A stretch of DNA of 64,000 bases from Paecilomyces variotii. Lineage: Eukaryota. How positions within the stretch are numbered: position 1 is the stretch's first letter; the number at the start of each line of letters is the position of its first letter. Location of the stretch: NCBI GenBank assembly GCA_004022145.1, contig RCNU01000010.1. The stretch is one strand, 5' to 3'. Position numbers and translations under genes: made by a program. The notes below the pieces were generated by a model. That model was given only the letters and a program-made list of their open reading frames with translations. It searched no databases and had not been told where the DNA came from. Below, piece by piece: positions 49,474-62,218 of the stretch.

Positions 49474-49979
49474 TGCCGCGAGGATATCGCTGGGATGGAG
49501 AACATCATCATCATCATCCAGACTTTTTCTGTACATTAGCTAGGGACCAGTGGTTGTATGCGGGTGGAAACGGGTGGACATTGCGCGCGCTCACACACAC
49601 ACAGTGTCGGTCTTTCGTCCTGCAGTTGTCAGCGACGAAGGAGGAGAAGAAGAAGAAGAAGATAATGACTGAAACGAGCTTAATAGATATTATAGAATAA
49701 TGAACAAACAGAAACCATCCTCGAGCGCGCATTCCATTGTCTCTGCTTATAACTAATAATAATAATAATCATGAATGTTGGTCGGGCATCGGCCAATCAC
49801 GTGGGGGGTAATTTAAGCCAGTCGCGGGCCGCCGGACAAACCACCGCAGCGTTCCGTTTTTCCCTTGGGAACGGCGAGCTTCCCAAAACCACCCGAGACC
49901 ATCAATCCCAACCTCTCCTGCCAACGTCCCTGCGCATCCCCCACGTCCTCTCCCAACTCAATTGCAAAACCTTTCCGCC

Positions 49980-50821
49980 ATGGGTTTCTCCGATCTTTTC
50001 GCCGACGTGATCTCCTCCCTGGGCTTCGCCGAGGCCCAGGCTGAGGCTCCCCCAGCCGAGGAGACTCAGAACACCGAAGAGGAATCGACCCAGGACAAGT
50101 CGGCGGACGCTGAGGAAGCCCAGGAGCAGCCCGAGGAGCAGCCCGAGGAGGAAGAGGCCGGAGAAGAAGAGGAGGAGGAGGAAGAGGAGGAGGAGGAGGA
50201 AGAGCCCGAGGACCCCATGCCCAGACTCGTGCAGGGTAAGTGGATGACGACCTGCTTTCAGTCTTCGCGGTGGTCTCCAATGGGGCCAATTGAGCACCCG
50301 TACTTCCCTGCAGATTGCGATATGCGCGCTTTCACCAACATATTTACGTTGAGATACGACGTCTCTTCTCGTTTCCGCTCAATTGGCCCTTTCCAACGGA
50401 CCCGGCGGAGATGCATCTCCCTTCCGCCGCACGCGGAGGAACTAATGCCAAGACTGAATACTGACTGAATATTCAAACAGAGTGCACCGACTCCCAACAG
50501 TGCGCTGCTGCTAAGCACCACTTCGACGAGTGCGTTGAGCGTGTCACCAGAGCCTCGGAGGATCCCGACTACAAGGGCCCCAAGGAGGACTGTGTCGAGG
50601 AGTGTAAGTGTGGTCAATTCCTTGTCCAAAACGGAAAACTGTTCCAAGTTGTCCCAATATGGCGACATTTGGAATCGGTTTCTCTATATCCCATATCTCA
50701 ATTCGTCATGATCCGGGGTTGGACATCAGCTAATCCGTCTCTTTACCGCTGTACAGTCTTCCACCTCCAGCACTGCGCTACCCAGTGCGCCGCTCCCAAG
50801 CTCTGGCGTGAGCTCAAATAG
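49980..50821 (+). CDS. QCR6: Ubiquinol-cytochrome c reductase hinge subunit (complex III subunit 6), 3 exons
   Basis: Highly acidic N-terminus, then EDPMPRLVQECTDSQQCAAAKHHFDECVERV...KEDCVEEFFHLQHCATQCAAPKLWRELK*. Confidence 0.96.
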
Positions 50822-51505
50822 ATGGCTTAACAGGCCATCAGCGATCCTATCTACGGTTTTCTTCTCTTCGATCGACAACGGAACGACCGCGCGGGCGAGA
50901 CCTGCCATTTTGCTCGATAGTGGGATACACCGAAATCGTTCGAAAGAGATATGGGGATGGTGGAAAAGGATCGCAGCGAACTCGATGGTGGGATAGATTC
51001 GTCCAATTATCTCTCTCCCAACCTGCCAATTGTATGCGTTATGATCTCACGCTCTGGTCAACGTGTTGAGGGGTATGGTCGAGCCTGTGCTCTCTCAGTC
51101 TTACGTGGGTCATTCTCGTGGGCGCAAGAAAACGTCAAATCACCTTGTCTGTACAGATAGCTAGTCACCGCTGTGCTTTTATTCCTTTTTTTGTTCTCTT
51201 ATGTTTAGACAAATGGTTTCATGCTAGATTTCCTCCTTCTCCCGTACGTGTGAAAGCCATGTAAGATGGTTATTCTTGACGGTCATTTTCGATTAAACGA
51301 AATCATCATTCATAACCGCCTACATGAAAATGTACAACGTAGTATGAACGTATAGCTCATAGATACAGCAATAAAATCAGCAAGAGTGACATTATGTACA
51401 TACAGGTCATAAAAACAATAATAACAACAAATAGACAGTCAAAAGGGGGTATCCGAAAGCAAGATTAGTTAACAGATTAATAAATCACCATATCGATGCA
51501 GGTGA

Positions 51506-53282
51506 TCAACGGCCATTCTCATCATCGTTCTTATTGGCCGTGACAGATGATGTGGTTACTTCTCTGTTAGCGTCTGATGATGAGCTCTCACCGTTGATTC
51601 CAGTAGTGATGGTAGTAGCATCATTGACACCATAAGTGCTGCGATCCGCTCGCAGCCGACGCCTACTCACTTTCCGACCGAACAGGCCCAAGGAGAGCGG
51701 TAGAGGAACGACGACGGCCGAAATGACAGCGGAGAAGATTAGTGCGTTTCTCATATTATACGGTGGATGAGCGTCCGAGGGGGCCTTGAGGGCGTCTTGG
51801 ACGATGATAAAGATAGCTCCGAGGAGTTGGCCACCTGTCCAGCAGATGGTGCTTCCGATTTCTGGAGCGAAGGGGTATGTGATCTCCACGAGGTATTCGA
51901 GGGTGACTGGGAGGAGAGAAAAGGAGGATGCGCCTAGGATTGCGCAGACGACGTAGGATGGAGCGATGCCCGCCGGGCTTGACGGGGCGAAGATCAGTCC
52001 GATGTATGAGGCGGCGACGATGGGGATGAGGATTTTGATTGTAGTTAGGTAGTGTTTGAAACGGTCTGTTAAGGGAGATACGATTGCGGAGGCGATCAGT
52101 CCGACGATGATCAGGATTCCACCGGCGATTCCGGCGTCGGTTTCGGAGAAGTTGTAAGGCGATAGGATCTGGTTCAGAAGGGAAGAGACGCTATTGAAGA
52201 AGCCGACGTAGATGGAGAACGGGATGAAGATGAGGTAGAACTCGACGGTGCAGAAGAGTTGTGTGATTTCCTTCCGGAGAGAGCCTCGTGATACCGTTGC
52301 TTGGGAGGAAGCACTGGGAGGAGTGGGAGGCGCGGCAGGGAGGAAGATTGAGGGAACTGTTGCAACCGTAGACTGCGGTTAAGGATCATGATATATTAGA
52401 TTCCATCGTCTAGATATCTATGTCGATTCCAATCGGGTATGGTGCTAATCACTCACGATGATGGAGATATAGAGCACCATATTCGGCACATCACTAGGCT
52501 CCGTGGCCCAGACGGAGTCGACCAATTGGCCGATTGCTGCACCAAGAGGATTCGCAAGCGTCGCTAATGCCGTCGCGCTGGTGCGTCCATGGTCTGAGAA
52601 CCATAGATCACTGTATCGTGTGGGAGCGCTCAAACAGAATGGCTGCGCAAAGCCGATAAGAATCTGACCGAGCATCGCGAGCCCAAAGATGCCTCCGTTC
52701 GCTTTGGTTCCAGCATAGCGTATCCAGTTTCCGACAAGAATCAAGGCAGAGGTCGCTAGGATGGCAGGTTTCGGGCCTCCTTTGTTGAGGGTAAAGATCG
52801 TTATACTGTATGCGATGCGATAGTCAACACTTCTATCTCAGCACAATATAGGAATACGTCATCTTTTTTATTTTTTATTTTTCCAACTGGGGCCTTCCAC
52901 TCACGGCGTCACCAAGCAAAATGCAAAGAGAAAAGCAGTGCTCATCCAATTTATTGCGCCCTCAGAAACCTGGAAATACGCCGCGGAGGTTGTCGAAATC
53001 GCAGAAAAAGTCAGCCACTATCGAGCAGTTAGTCGCATTGCTCATAGTATGCGCTTGGGGAGAATGACGACGGCATACATCCCAGCTGACCACGATGTTG
53101 AGCAAAACGAGCTGAACCAAGCCTAGAAATCGCCTCTTGTACACCTTGTATTCGCCCGTCGTCGTGATGCCTCTTTCTTCATCCTGAAGACTGGACTGGC
53201 TGTGGACGTGCTGTGTCATGTCGGCCGTTTCCGAAGCTTGCCGGATCGCAACGGCCTCTTCGACTTCAGCGGGAGAACGCAT
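51506..53282 (-). CDS. MFS transporter, FLVCR/SLC49-like, multi-exon
   Basis: YKVYKRRFLGLVQLVLLNIVVSW, GNWIRYAG, GQILIGFAQPF..SAPTRYSDLWF and EITYP, with multiple TM segments. Confidence 0.9.
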
Positions 53283-55570
53283 CGTGTTGCGGGACGGTAA
53301 TTTGAAGCTTCACATGGCCTCAGGGAATCCTAAATCATCTTTGCCAGAGGAAGAACTTATTGTATGGCGTCCGGGTTCTATGCCAAGTGTTGGGGGCAGC
53401 AGTAGCAGGCGGATGATGGAGCGATAAGGTAAATTGCCCGATGCGGACTCTGCGACAGCCCCGCAAGTGAATACTTAGTCTCTTCCCAGCTGGTTTTGTT
53501 GCGCAAGGTCGTACGAGTGTCAACAAAGAATTATTGAGCTTGCTACAGATCAGCTTTGTATTCTCGTGATCAGTTGGTCCTATGGTTCTGGCACTGAGTG
53601 GCTGAAGTATATTAACTAATAATAGTCTTTCAGTCTTTGCTCCTGGACTGGTCGAGGCTTCTCAAAGTATTTAGTATAGATGACTACCTCGGTCCTCGAA
53701 GGACGTTTGACGGTCCAAATTGATAATCTAGGAGGGGCCGTGAAAAAGTTGTGAGCTTCTGAAGAAGTCACAGTTTTCTCTTGTAGCACCATTTCTAGAG
53801 TGCTCCATCTGCGGCGCAGTGTTGATGTCGGCCCAGCTCGCCGGTGCCAGGAAACAGCAAGTTTGACTTATATAATAATAATGTCTGGATGCTCTCCGGT
53901 TGACGGAAGAGCACGGACGTGATGTAACTGATGAAGTCATTTGATCAGTTAGGCAGTGTCACAGAAGTTGGTAGCACGGATCGTCAGGGATGAGATGCGT
54001 TTTACCAATCTCAGTTTGGGACCTGTATTGGCTAACCAAGACGATTGACATGGCAGCTGTCCCATTTATTATTTATAACTAGATCTGCTGGCTTGAGTAG
54101 GCATTGTCAAGAGGTCGAGTATTCACGAGAGAGGTTCTAGAGGTTATTTATCATCGTAGCGGCCTACAAACGCTTTGGTCAGTAATAGTCCTTGTCTGGG
54201 CAAAAGCGTCAACCCCAGGGATTGTGCTCTTGACAGGAATGCGGCCAAGGCGTGGATTGCACGTTGGTCCCCTGAATAGACGATATGAGCTGGATATGAT
54301 CTTTTATCCATGCTGTTGATCACCGTTTCTCAAATCCCAGTCAGGCATCCTTGTCTAGGCAGGTATGGCTGTGGACCCGTGGCTGACGTAGGAACTCGGA
54401 AGGTTAGTTAGATAGTTATATGAGTATAACTCAAGTCTATCTCCGTATCCTGCGCACCTTTAGCCAGTCATGAACTTGCTCCGTACTCCGGAAGCAGCAA
54501 AACATGACGGATGGAAGATCGGTCCCCGCAACCGAGGAACAGGTTCACGGCAATTTCGGGAGGGAACCTTGGGCCAGTGAAGGTGAGGCGTCGAGCAGTG
54601 CCTATTAATGTCCGGGGCGTGGAGACGGATGTTCTCGTTGGTAGAACCAATCTTTCCTTTCTGACAGCCTGTTTCACCTATAAACAAACACGATAGAGCT
54701 GAGAAGGATGCCATCAGCACGGCAAATGGATGTGAACATCACTGGAAGCCATTTGCCATAACTCGTCACTTCAACACGTCTATCTGTCTGCCTCTTGTCA
54801 TTGTTTTAATGGCCGGTGACTCTCGGAAAGTAGTGTTAGCGTGAACTGGCAGGGGTTCGTGCAGAGCCAGCAGGATGGTTCCAAGTACTCCGTACGGAGT
54901 AATTAATTAACTATCTAATACATAGGTTAGACCTGTTTTCATATTAATGTCCGATGCCATTGCAAACCGGATCGTAGCATGGAAATTAGTTACCGGACAG
55001 CATCCGGATGACGGACTGCGGAGCGCGGTGGATGCCATTTCAGGGGTTCGTTCCATGGGAGACGTTCATCGCATTCGCAGCATGAATCTCCATCTTGACC
55101 ACGCGATGGAAAATAACAAGGGGATCGTGGAGATCGAAAAAGGAGGCTAGGGTCAGCGGCGATCTCCTCCGGCGCTGCGCTACGGCGGGAGAAGTTCGTT
55201 TTGCGCTGCCACGAAGAGCCCGCTAGGACGAGGCGCAGTCGATCTCGACTTTCTTCGGGCTGTCCAAGATAGAATAGACTGTCGTTTTCTTCTTTTTTTC
55301 TCTTCGTGGTCGCTGTCCTCCCTATTATTGATTCTTATTCACGGTTGCGCCGTCTGGGTGTTCTGCCTGTCCACGTTGTTTCCTGTGAGCAGCTGGAGTC
55401 GGACTCCCTGGCGATTTCCCCGCTGGGCAATCGATCGATCCTAATAATCACCACCCGCCATCACATACAGCCTCTCTTCTACCATCCACAGATCGGAATG
55501 ATGTCTCCCTCGCGTCCATAGATAGTTATTATTTCCCCTTGCTGCCGTCGCTCTTTCACCGCTCGCAGCC

Positions 55571-58143
55571 ATGATGAACTTCGCGAGTCTCCGCTCCAGC
55601 CAGTCCTCCTACGGGGACTCCAGGTACATCTCGTCCGCTTCGTTTCCGATCCCTCCGCCGCCGTCCAAGGCTCTATTAGATGGTTATCGAGATTCCCTGG
55701 ACCCCAATAATGAAGAAAAGCCGCGCTTCAATCCGGTACGTGTCGTCCGCCCCCGATTATCTCGCGTGGTTGGACATGGCTGACACCCAGCTTGTCTGCC
55801 GCATAGCTCAATGCCTCTCATCCTCGCAGTTCTGCCTTGCTGGACGTCACCGACCCGGTGTCCATGCACCTTCTCACAGAAACAGCTATAGGAGACAGCC
55901 TGGGGTATGAGGTTTTGTCTTTTGAGGAGGTCGAAGAGCTGAAGAAAGAACATTCACTACTGTCAACCCGCGTGGAGGCTACAAAGCGAAAACTGGCCCT
56001 GGAAACAAAACTACGCGATGCAGCTAGATCACTGAGCAGACTGCACAGCCCGAAAAGCTCGAGAACGAGTGAGGACTATGGTTCAGATCCGTCGCCCGGG
56101 TCACATCGCAAGCGCCGCAGCATTTTTGGACGCAACGGCGATGACTATTACGACAAGGCGGACGAGGAGCTGGCGGCGAGCACTCGAAAGTGCGAAGAGC
56201 TCGCCCAGGAGCTTTGGAGGCTAGAACGCAGGACGCAAGACATTCAACGGCGACTGCTCCAGCATACCGCGGGTATCTTACAGATGACACACAAAGGTCT
56301 CAAGAAGAACTTGAACAAGAATGGCGCAAATTCCAGTCATGATTCGCGGAACGGGGAGAGCATTTACGGAGTCAACGGTGGCATGGACTTTGATGATCGC
56401 AGCTTGTACAGGCCGGCGGACTACCTTGACGAGTCTAATGGTGGCTACGGCAGGAATGGGCATCAGTCCATGGGTGTTGACCTTAGTGCTATCCATAATA
56501 CGGAGCGCAAATTGGAGGAGCTAAGCGGTCGCATGCGTGCCATGATTCTTCAGAATAGCACCGACTCCGACGTCGATCCCGTCCCTCAGTTTTCCAGCGA
56601 TGGCGGCCCAGTCAATCCCACAGCGGCTGTCGAAGCACATATTGCATACATAGAAAACAGTCTCCAGACATTGAGTTTCCAGCAAGAGCGGGGACCCGGA
56701 GGGACTGGAGACTCGGATTCTGAGACTAAGCGGGAGCTGGAGGATATCAACAATCGTCTTCATGAAGTCTTGGGAGTGTCAGGCGCTGGTTCAGCTCGTT
56801 CTCCCACTATTGCGCCCCCTCCTCAGTTTTCGGATGAGAATACTCTGCAGGAGCACATGCGCTACCTCAGTGACGGTGTCGATACTCTGCAGAGGCGCGT
56901 TGAAAGCCTTGTTGAACAGAAGAGCATCCTGACCACACAGATCCAACAACAACGGGAACTGAACTCCAAATCTGATGCCGAAAGAGATTCCCACATAGCA
57001 GATCTGACGCAGCAGCTTATGGAAGTTAGAAGAGACTTGGAACACTCTGAGACCAACCACCAGAGCACTAGAGAGGAATTAGCTTCGGTAGTGGAGCAGC
57101 TCGAGGCTGCTAGACAGGACCTGTCCCTCAGGGACCAAGAGCAGGGCAAAGACGATAGCGAGGCCGTGGAGATTGAGAGGCAAGCACGCATCCAGGCGGA
57201 GGAACAAGTTTCTCACCTGGAAGATGTCCTTCAGCAGATTCGTGACGAGGCGGATGCCCAGATCAAGCAGGCCAACGATCTGCGGTCCCACGCAGAGGAG
57301 AATTCGAGCCGCTTAGAGGAAGCGCTGCAGCGACTCCGAAACGAAGCGGATGCCGAGGTCAAGGAAGCCACCGAAGCTCGCTCGCAGGCTGAAGAACGTG
57401 TTACCAGGCTAGAAGGGGAAATGAGAGAGCTGGAAACTGACATAGTCAGAGCTCAGACTGAACTGACCGTTGTAAAGGCGGAACTCGACGGTGCCTACGG
57501 CACAAGGGCAGAGCGTGCAGCGGCAGTCGCTGCTAACCCCGCTATCCAGAAGGAAATTGACGAGCTGAACCTGAGGAATATCAACCTTTCTGAAGAGCTT
57601 GCGGCACTCAAAGCAGAACAGTCATCGAAACATGCCGCAGGCAACAGCGGACTCCAGCAACGTGTGCAGACGCTTGAGAACGAACTCCGAGAGACGATCG
57701 AAGATTATGAAGCCATGACTAAGGCTAGCATTGAGTTTGAAAAGGAACGTGACAAGCTCGAAAGTGTTATTGACAGCCTGCGCGAGCGCTGTGAGAACCT
57801 GGAGTCTCAGCTGAACGATGAGCGTATCAAGTGGATGGGCATTAAAAGTCCTATTCCACTGACTCCCAACGGCCCCGCAGAGACGACTTCTACGATGGTA
57901 CTCAAGAATGAGTTCAAGAAGATGATGCGAGATACGCGAGCAGAGAACTTGAAACTCCTGAAGGTGAGCAACTGGCATCTGCGAAAAGATCTTGACCTTT
58001 GTTGTCACGCGTTCTTAAGCTAATTAATCGACACTTAGGCCGAACAAGAAGAACGAAGAAAGCTGGAGGCTTTGGTTCGTACTCTCCGGAAAGATCAGAT
58101 GAATGGCAAACCGGAAGAAGGCCAGAGTGCTACGGCTCTATGA
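55571..58143 (+). CDS. Uds1 (up-regulated during septation) domain coiled-coil protein, 3 exons
   Basis: MHLLTETAIGDSLGYEVLSFEEVEELKKE...KLALETKLRDAARSL...RLLQHTAGILQ followed by a long coiled coil; introns ~55736-55806 and ~57964-58038. Confidence 0.88.
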
Positions 58144-58431
58144 TCATGAAGCTTTCGGACTTTTCTTCGGCAACTATACCCACATACCCCTTTGCGTATT
58201 GTATACTTATTCTTGCATTGTATTTCTTTTTATTATGGTTGAACCTTCAACCCCGGGACTGCATACTATTCAGACCGTGACGCTGGGAGTGTATATAGAA
58301 TTATCCAAAGTGATTGCATCATTTTCTTTTTCCTTTGCTCGCAAACGCCTTCCCTAGGACGTACGAGGACCTGTCTCTTGCGTTACCTTGGTGGGAAGGT
58401 ACACCCGCGTTCATAAAAACAGATATATCAC

Positions 58432-60282
58432 ATGGAAACTGCGATATGCCATAATTTTCCGATGGCTATCTCGTGTATTTTCCTCTCGATGCATGTCTAT
58501 CCTCCTCTCCCTCTTCTTTTCGAGGGCTCAGGGGTTGTCGTTCGTTTGGCATCCACCCAGGTGGTTTATTTCGCTTCATCGTTACTCAACATGGATAATA
58601 GTAGGTATCTGGATCGGACTGCCGACAAGAAAGCTGTCGGGAACATACGCTTCCCATTTCAGTCTCACTTTGTCGACTGCAGTGGCAGTAGCGAAGACAA
58701 TACTCGACGTACAGCCTCCCTACTCGCCTTCGGGAGAGATCTAGACTCGTCGGAGTCTATACCAAGCGAGCACAGTTCCATATACGATGCTGCTAGGGCA
58801 AGTTCTGGATCCGACGCGGGTGATCAGACGTACTATGATAGTCTCTCAAGGCAGCCCACTGCAGACGAGCAGCATAGCCTCAACCTTGCCATTTCCGATC
58901 AACCTATTTATACTATGACATCTTCCCACAGCAAGTGGCCGGTCAACACCTTGGCAACCATTATCGAACGGAGGAGCACGTCGACCTTGCGCCATTCACG
59001 CTCAATGTCCTGCCTGTACGAAAGCTTCTCTGGCGAACGTCTGCAGTTGTCGAGGACCTCTCGATCAGATCTCAACACGTCTATCCCAAACCCTCAAAGG
59101 CGTAAGGCTCTCTCTTTCAATGATGCTGACAGCCGTTCTGGGTTATCCGAACTTCTGGGAAGTGACCTATCGCTTGGCAGTCCAGTACAGCCTATGTATC
59201 CTCCTCCAATCCGGTCGCCCACTCCTCCTGGTCTTCCATCCTTCGGGACACAAGAAGCCCTCTTCTGCGCATCTCGCTTTGCGATAGAATCCCCTACTCC
59301 TGGGCCATCGACATCTGGAGACGGTCGGGGGAACAGTTATGACAGTAGTCTCTCGGGCTCTTATAGCGAGGCATTACGAAGACTGTTCGGCTTTACTGCT
59401 CTAGAATCTCGTCCTGCTCGACTCCCTCTACACGCTATCGCAAGAGCTGAGGATGGTACAGCAGTACGTGGACGATTTCCGATTCGGCAGAGTGGACATG
59501 GCATGGATCTATCACGCCCTCTAGATAGCCATCCTTTCCACCGCATGACTCTTCCTGTAGCCCAGCCTCAAGTTGAGCGTCTTCACTCCACCGAAAAGCG
59601 GCGTAAGCCAGGGAGAAAAAGAAACAATAGTGAAGTCCGGACCTCTTCTCAAGGATCGGAAGTCGTGCTGAATTCCAATCAGCCTTCTTCTCTTCAGCGG
59701 GCGTTAACGGCCACCATGCGCAGGACAGACTCTACAACTCCTATCGGTAATTTGCCTTCTCTCCCATCTGCCCTGACTTCCGACGCCCAGTCGAACGGGC
59801 CACAGAAAAATTCTCGCGTGCATGTTACAGGCCCTGTCCAGGATGCCTCGGGATCCCAGAATGCCTCCACAGAGGGTAACCGCCCCGTTTCCTATCAACC
59901 CGTGTCAACACTATCCTCTTCAGGTGCCTCGCCGGAAGATGGCTCTCTTGATGTTGACGATGCCGAGGAACATACCATGGCTGCATGGTCAGAGCTCCTG
60001 AGAATGTATATCTTGGCCTGTTGCTGCTGCTTGGCAGAGGAAGATGATTATGATGGAGTTCAATTGGAAAACCAACCGAGTCCTTTGGTAGCTACGAGAA
60101 ACGAGACTGGAACTGTCTCCGAAGATGTAGCTTCTTCGACACCTGACTGTGCCCCATTGAGACGTTCAACTACCGGTAAAAGCTCAGACGCGCGACGAAT
60201 CAAACGGTCTTCAAGACCATGGAGACCCGCCTACGGATTCTCTCCTCAGACGACTGATGCGACCATGTCAGCAGTAGGATAG
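58432..60282 (+). CDS. Hypothetical Ser-rich protein (start uncertain)
   Basis: 616-codon ORF with a conserved-looking RSPTPPGLPSFGTQEA segment and a CCCC cluster near the C-terminus. Confidence 0.75.
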   Translation: METAICHNFPMAISCIFLSMHVYPPLPLLFEGSGVVVRLASTQVVYFASSLLNMDNSRYLDRTADKKAVGNIRFPFQSHFVDCSGSSEDNTRRTASLLAFGRDLDSSESIPSEHSSIYDAARASSGSDAGDQTYYDSLSRQPTADEQHSLNLAISDQPIYTMTSSHSKWPVNTLATIIERRSTSTLRHSRSMSCLYESFSGERLQLSRTSRSDLNTSIPNPQRRKALSFNDADSRSGLSELLGSDLSLGSPVQPMYPPPIRSPTPPGLPSFGTQEALFCASRFAIESPTPGPSTSGDGRGNSYDSSLSGSYSEALRRLFGFTALESRPARLPLHAIARAEDGTAVRGRFPIRQSGHGMDLSRPLDSHPFHRMTLPVAQPQVERLHSTEKRRKPGRKRNNSEVRTSSQGSEVVLNSNQPSSLQRALTATMRRTDSTTPIGNLPSLPSALTSDAQSNGPQKNSRVHVTGPVQDASGSQNASTEGNRPVSYQPVSTLSSSGASPEDGSLDVDDAEEHTMAAWSELLRMYILACCCCLAEEDDYDGVQLENQPSPLVATRNETGTVSEDVASSTPDCAPLRRSTTGKSSDARRIKRSSRPWRPAYGFSPQTTDATMSAVG

Positions 60283-61302
60283 TGGATCTTGGACGAGGTG
60301 GTGATGTACCATATAGAGGCCATGTACCGCGTCTGCAAATATAGACCGTTCCTTGTTCGGTACCATGCCGGGATGGAGGCCATCTACTTGTACAAAGCGC
60401 TACATTCAGGGGATCCCTCGAGTGTTAACGCTTCAGTGAGGCCCTTCATCGGCTGCTGTCAAAGGTGCTTGGCAGAAGCAGGACTGTGGGTTTGATGGCG
60501 ACGGAGATGCGCTTAGCATTGACCCTGCGGGAATATATTCTTACTGTAAAGACGGCCCTCTTACTGCACAGTTTGGATACTCTTATCCTGTGATTGGCTT
60601 TGCCTTTCCTCACTCTCCGCACCCTAGATAGCTGCATCTCCGCCAGTATAGTCATAATTCTCCTTAGCCTATCGCGAGCCTAGCTCAGACACAACTACTA
60701 CGGAGTATACTATTCATTATTTCCAGATAACCTATAGGGTCTTTATGGCTATTCCAAGTCATGTTTTATCTTGTAAGGAACCTCATTTTCCTGACTTCTT
60801 GTGATACTTCTTTTTTTTTAATTTTGCATTCTTTTTTATTAAATCTTCTTAGCCTAGCCCGCCCCTCTTTTTTCTTTTCTTTTCACATTAGCTGTGCTTG
60901 TGTTTTATTTTAAGAACCGCTATTACCTATTCCTTGTTGCCAGTGTTAACCAGTCTCTATGTGACCTAAGGGCAATGCCAATAACTAATATGGAGTAAAC
61001 CTCCACAAGTGTAGAATTGATTAATCGGGAGTTAATGGGCAGGAAGGGTATAGATAAGACCCTTACCTCACAATAGTGAGGACTGTAATAGAACAAAAGA
61101 ATATATCCCAGAAGAAGCAATTAGAAAAAGCGAGAAGCTTCTATAAGAATATTATGAATTTCTTCCCCTATTTTCTCTTCTCTTTCCTTTTTTAAGCTTA
61201 AAGTTTTTATTTAGTATTACCTTTAGATAAATCGAATGTAGCTTCTTTCTAGAGACAGAGTCTTACACTACACCTTTACGGGATAACCGTAAAACCGTAT
61301 TA

Positions 61303-61303
61303 G

Positions 61304-61343
<40 letters not shown>

Positions 61344-61366
61344 AAAAAAAAAGAAAAAAAAAAAAA
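61303..61366 (+). repeat. ~64-nt poly(A) tract with two G interruptions
   Basis: A-run seen directly in the sequence, preceded by the hairpin TTTACGG-gataa-CCGTAAA. Confidence 0.95.
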
Positions 61367-61423
61367 GCCAAGCTAATGCTAATGCTAATATAACCGATAA
61401 AGAAAAGTGGCCAGTTAATACTA

Positions 61424-62218
61424 TTATGGTAGAAACCAGTTCCGGTTGTCAGACGCGAGCATTCCAATATACCACAATGCCAATGCTACGGTTAGCACCG
61501 GGTGGGTTGCACTACCATGCGTCTCCCAGGGTATGCTATCCGAGAGCTCAAGATTTCCATTGCCATCAAGCCTGCGTATGGCTACAAGCTCACAATCTGT
61601 GAGCAGGAAGCTATATCGTGCCCTATGCTGGATCATATACTAGTTTACTTACGCCAAGGCCTGTCTGAACTCTTTCCTGTCTTGATTACTGCCATACTCT
61701 AATATTGTAGACTATTTCCATGATGGCTTTAAGTCTCCAGGGGCGCGATTGGGCCTAGTAGATGGCGGGTCCCGATATACTTGGAAAAAGGCCGTGTCAG
61801 GGGTGAATCCATCGCGTATAGCGGCTTGGTTCCCTTCCCCAAATCATACAACAGAGTTTCCATCAATGGAGTTCTGACTGAGAAGCCACTGGAAGCCTGC
61901 ACGAAGGCTGCGCCTTATCCTAGAATCTAGGTACAAGGTGAATCGGTTTCGAAAGCTCGTCTCCGAGGTAAGCACCTGCGGAGGAGATGCTGGCATAGGC
62001 TCGGATGGTAGGGTTGCTCCGGCAAGAATGTTACCGTATTGGGCGGTTATTTGGGCGGTTATAGTGGCCAAATTGAAGATGCTCCAGTAACCCACACTTG
62101 TAATGTCCCGAGCATTGTATTTAGCGTTCTTCGTGTTTTCTTTCGAGTAACCTGGATTCGGTGCTATTGGTAGCAGTGGGGGGCCGACTTGCAGATATTC
62201 CAATAGACTGACGTTCAT
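61424..62218 (-). pseudogene. Pseudogene of a fungal protein with PD-(D/E)xK-like motif arrangement
   Basis: One reading frame runs MNVSLLEYLQ...VV*FGEG...TPDTAF...NRAPGDLKPSWK*...EFRQALA*VN*YMIQHRARY...LALWYIGMLAS with 4 in-frame stops. The paralogous copy at 16581-16874 has TGG, CAA and TGG at three of them. Confidence 0.88.

Noticed and set aside
49813-50297. Minus-strand poly-Pro and poly-Leu ORFs
   Set aside because: These are antisense shadows of the GAG-rich acidic region of QCR6.
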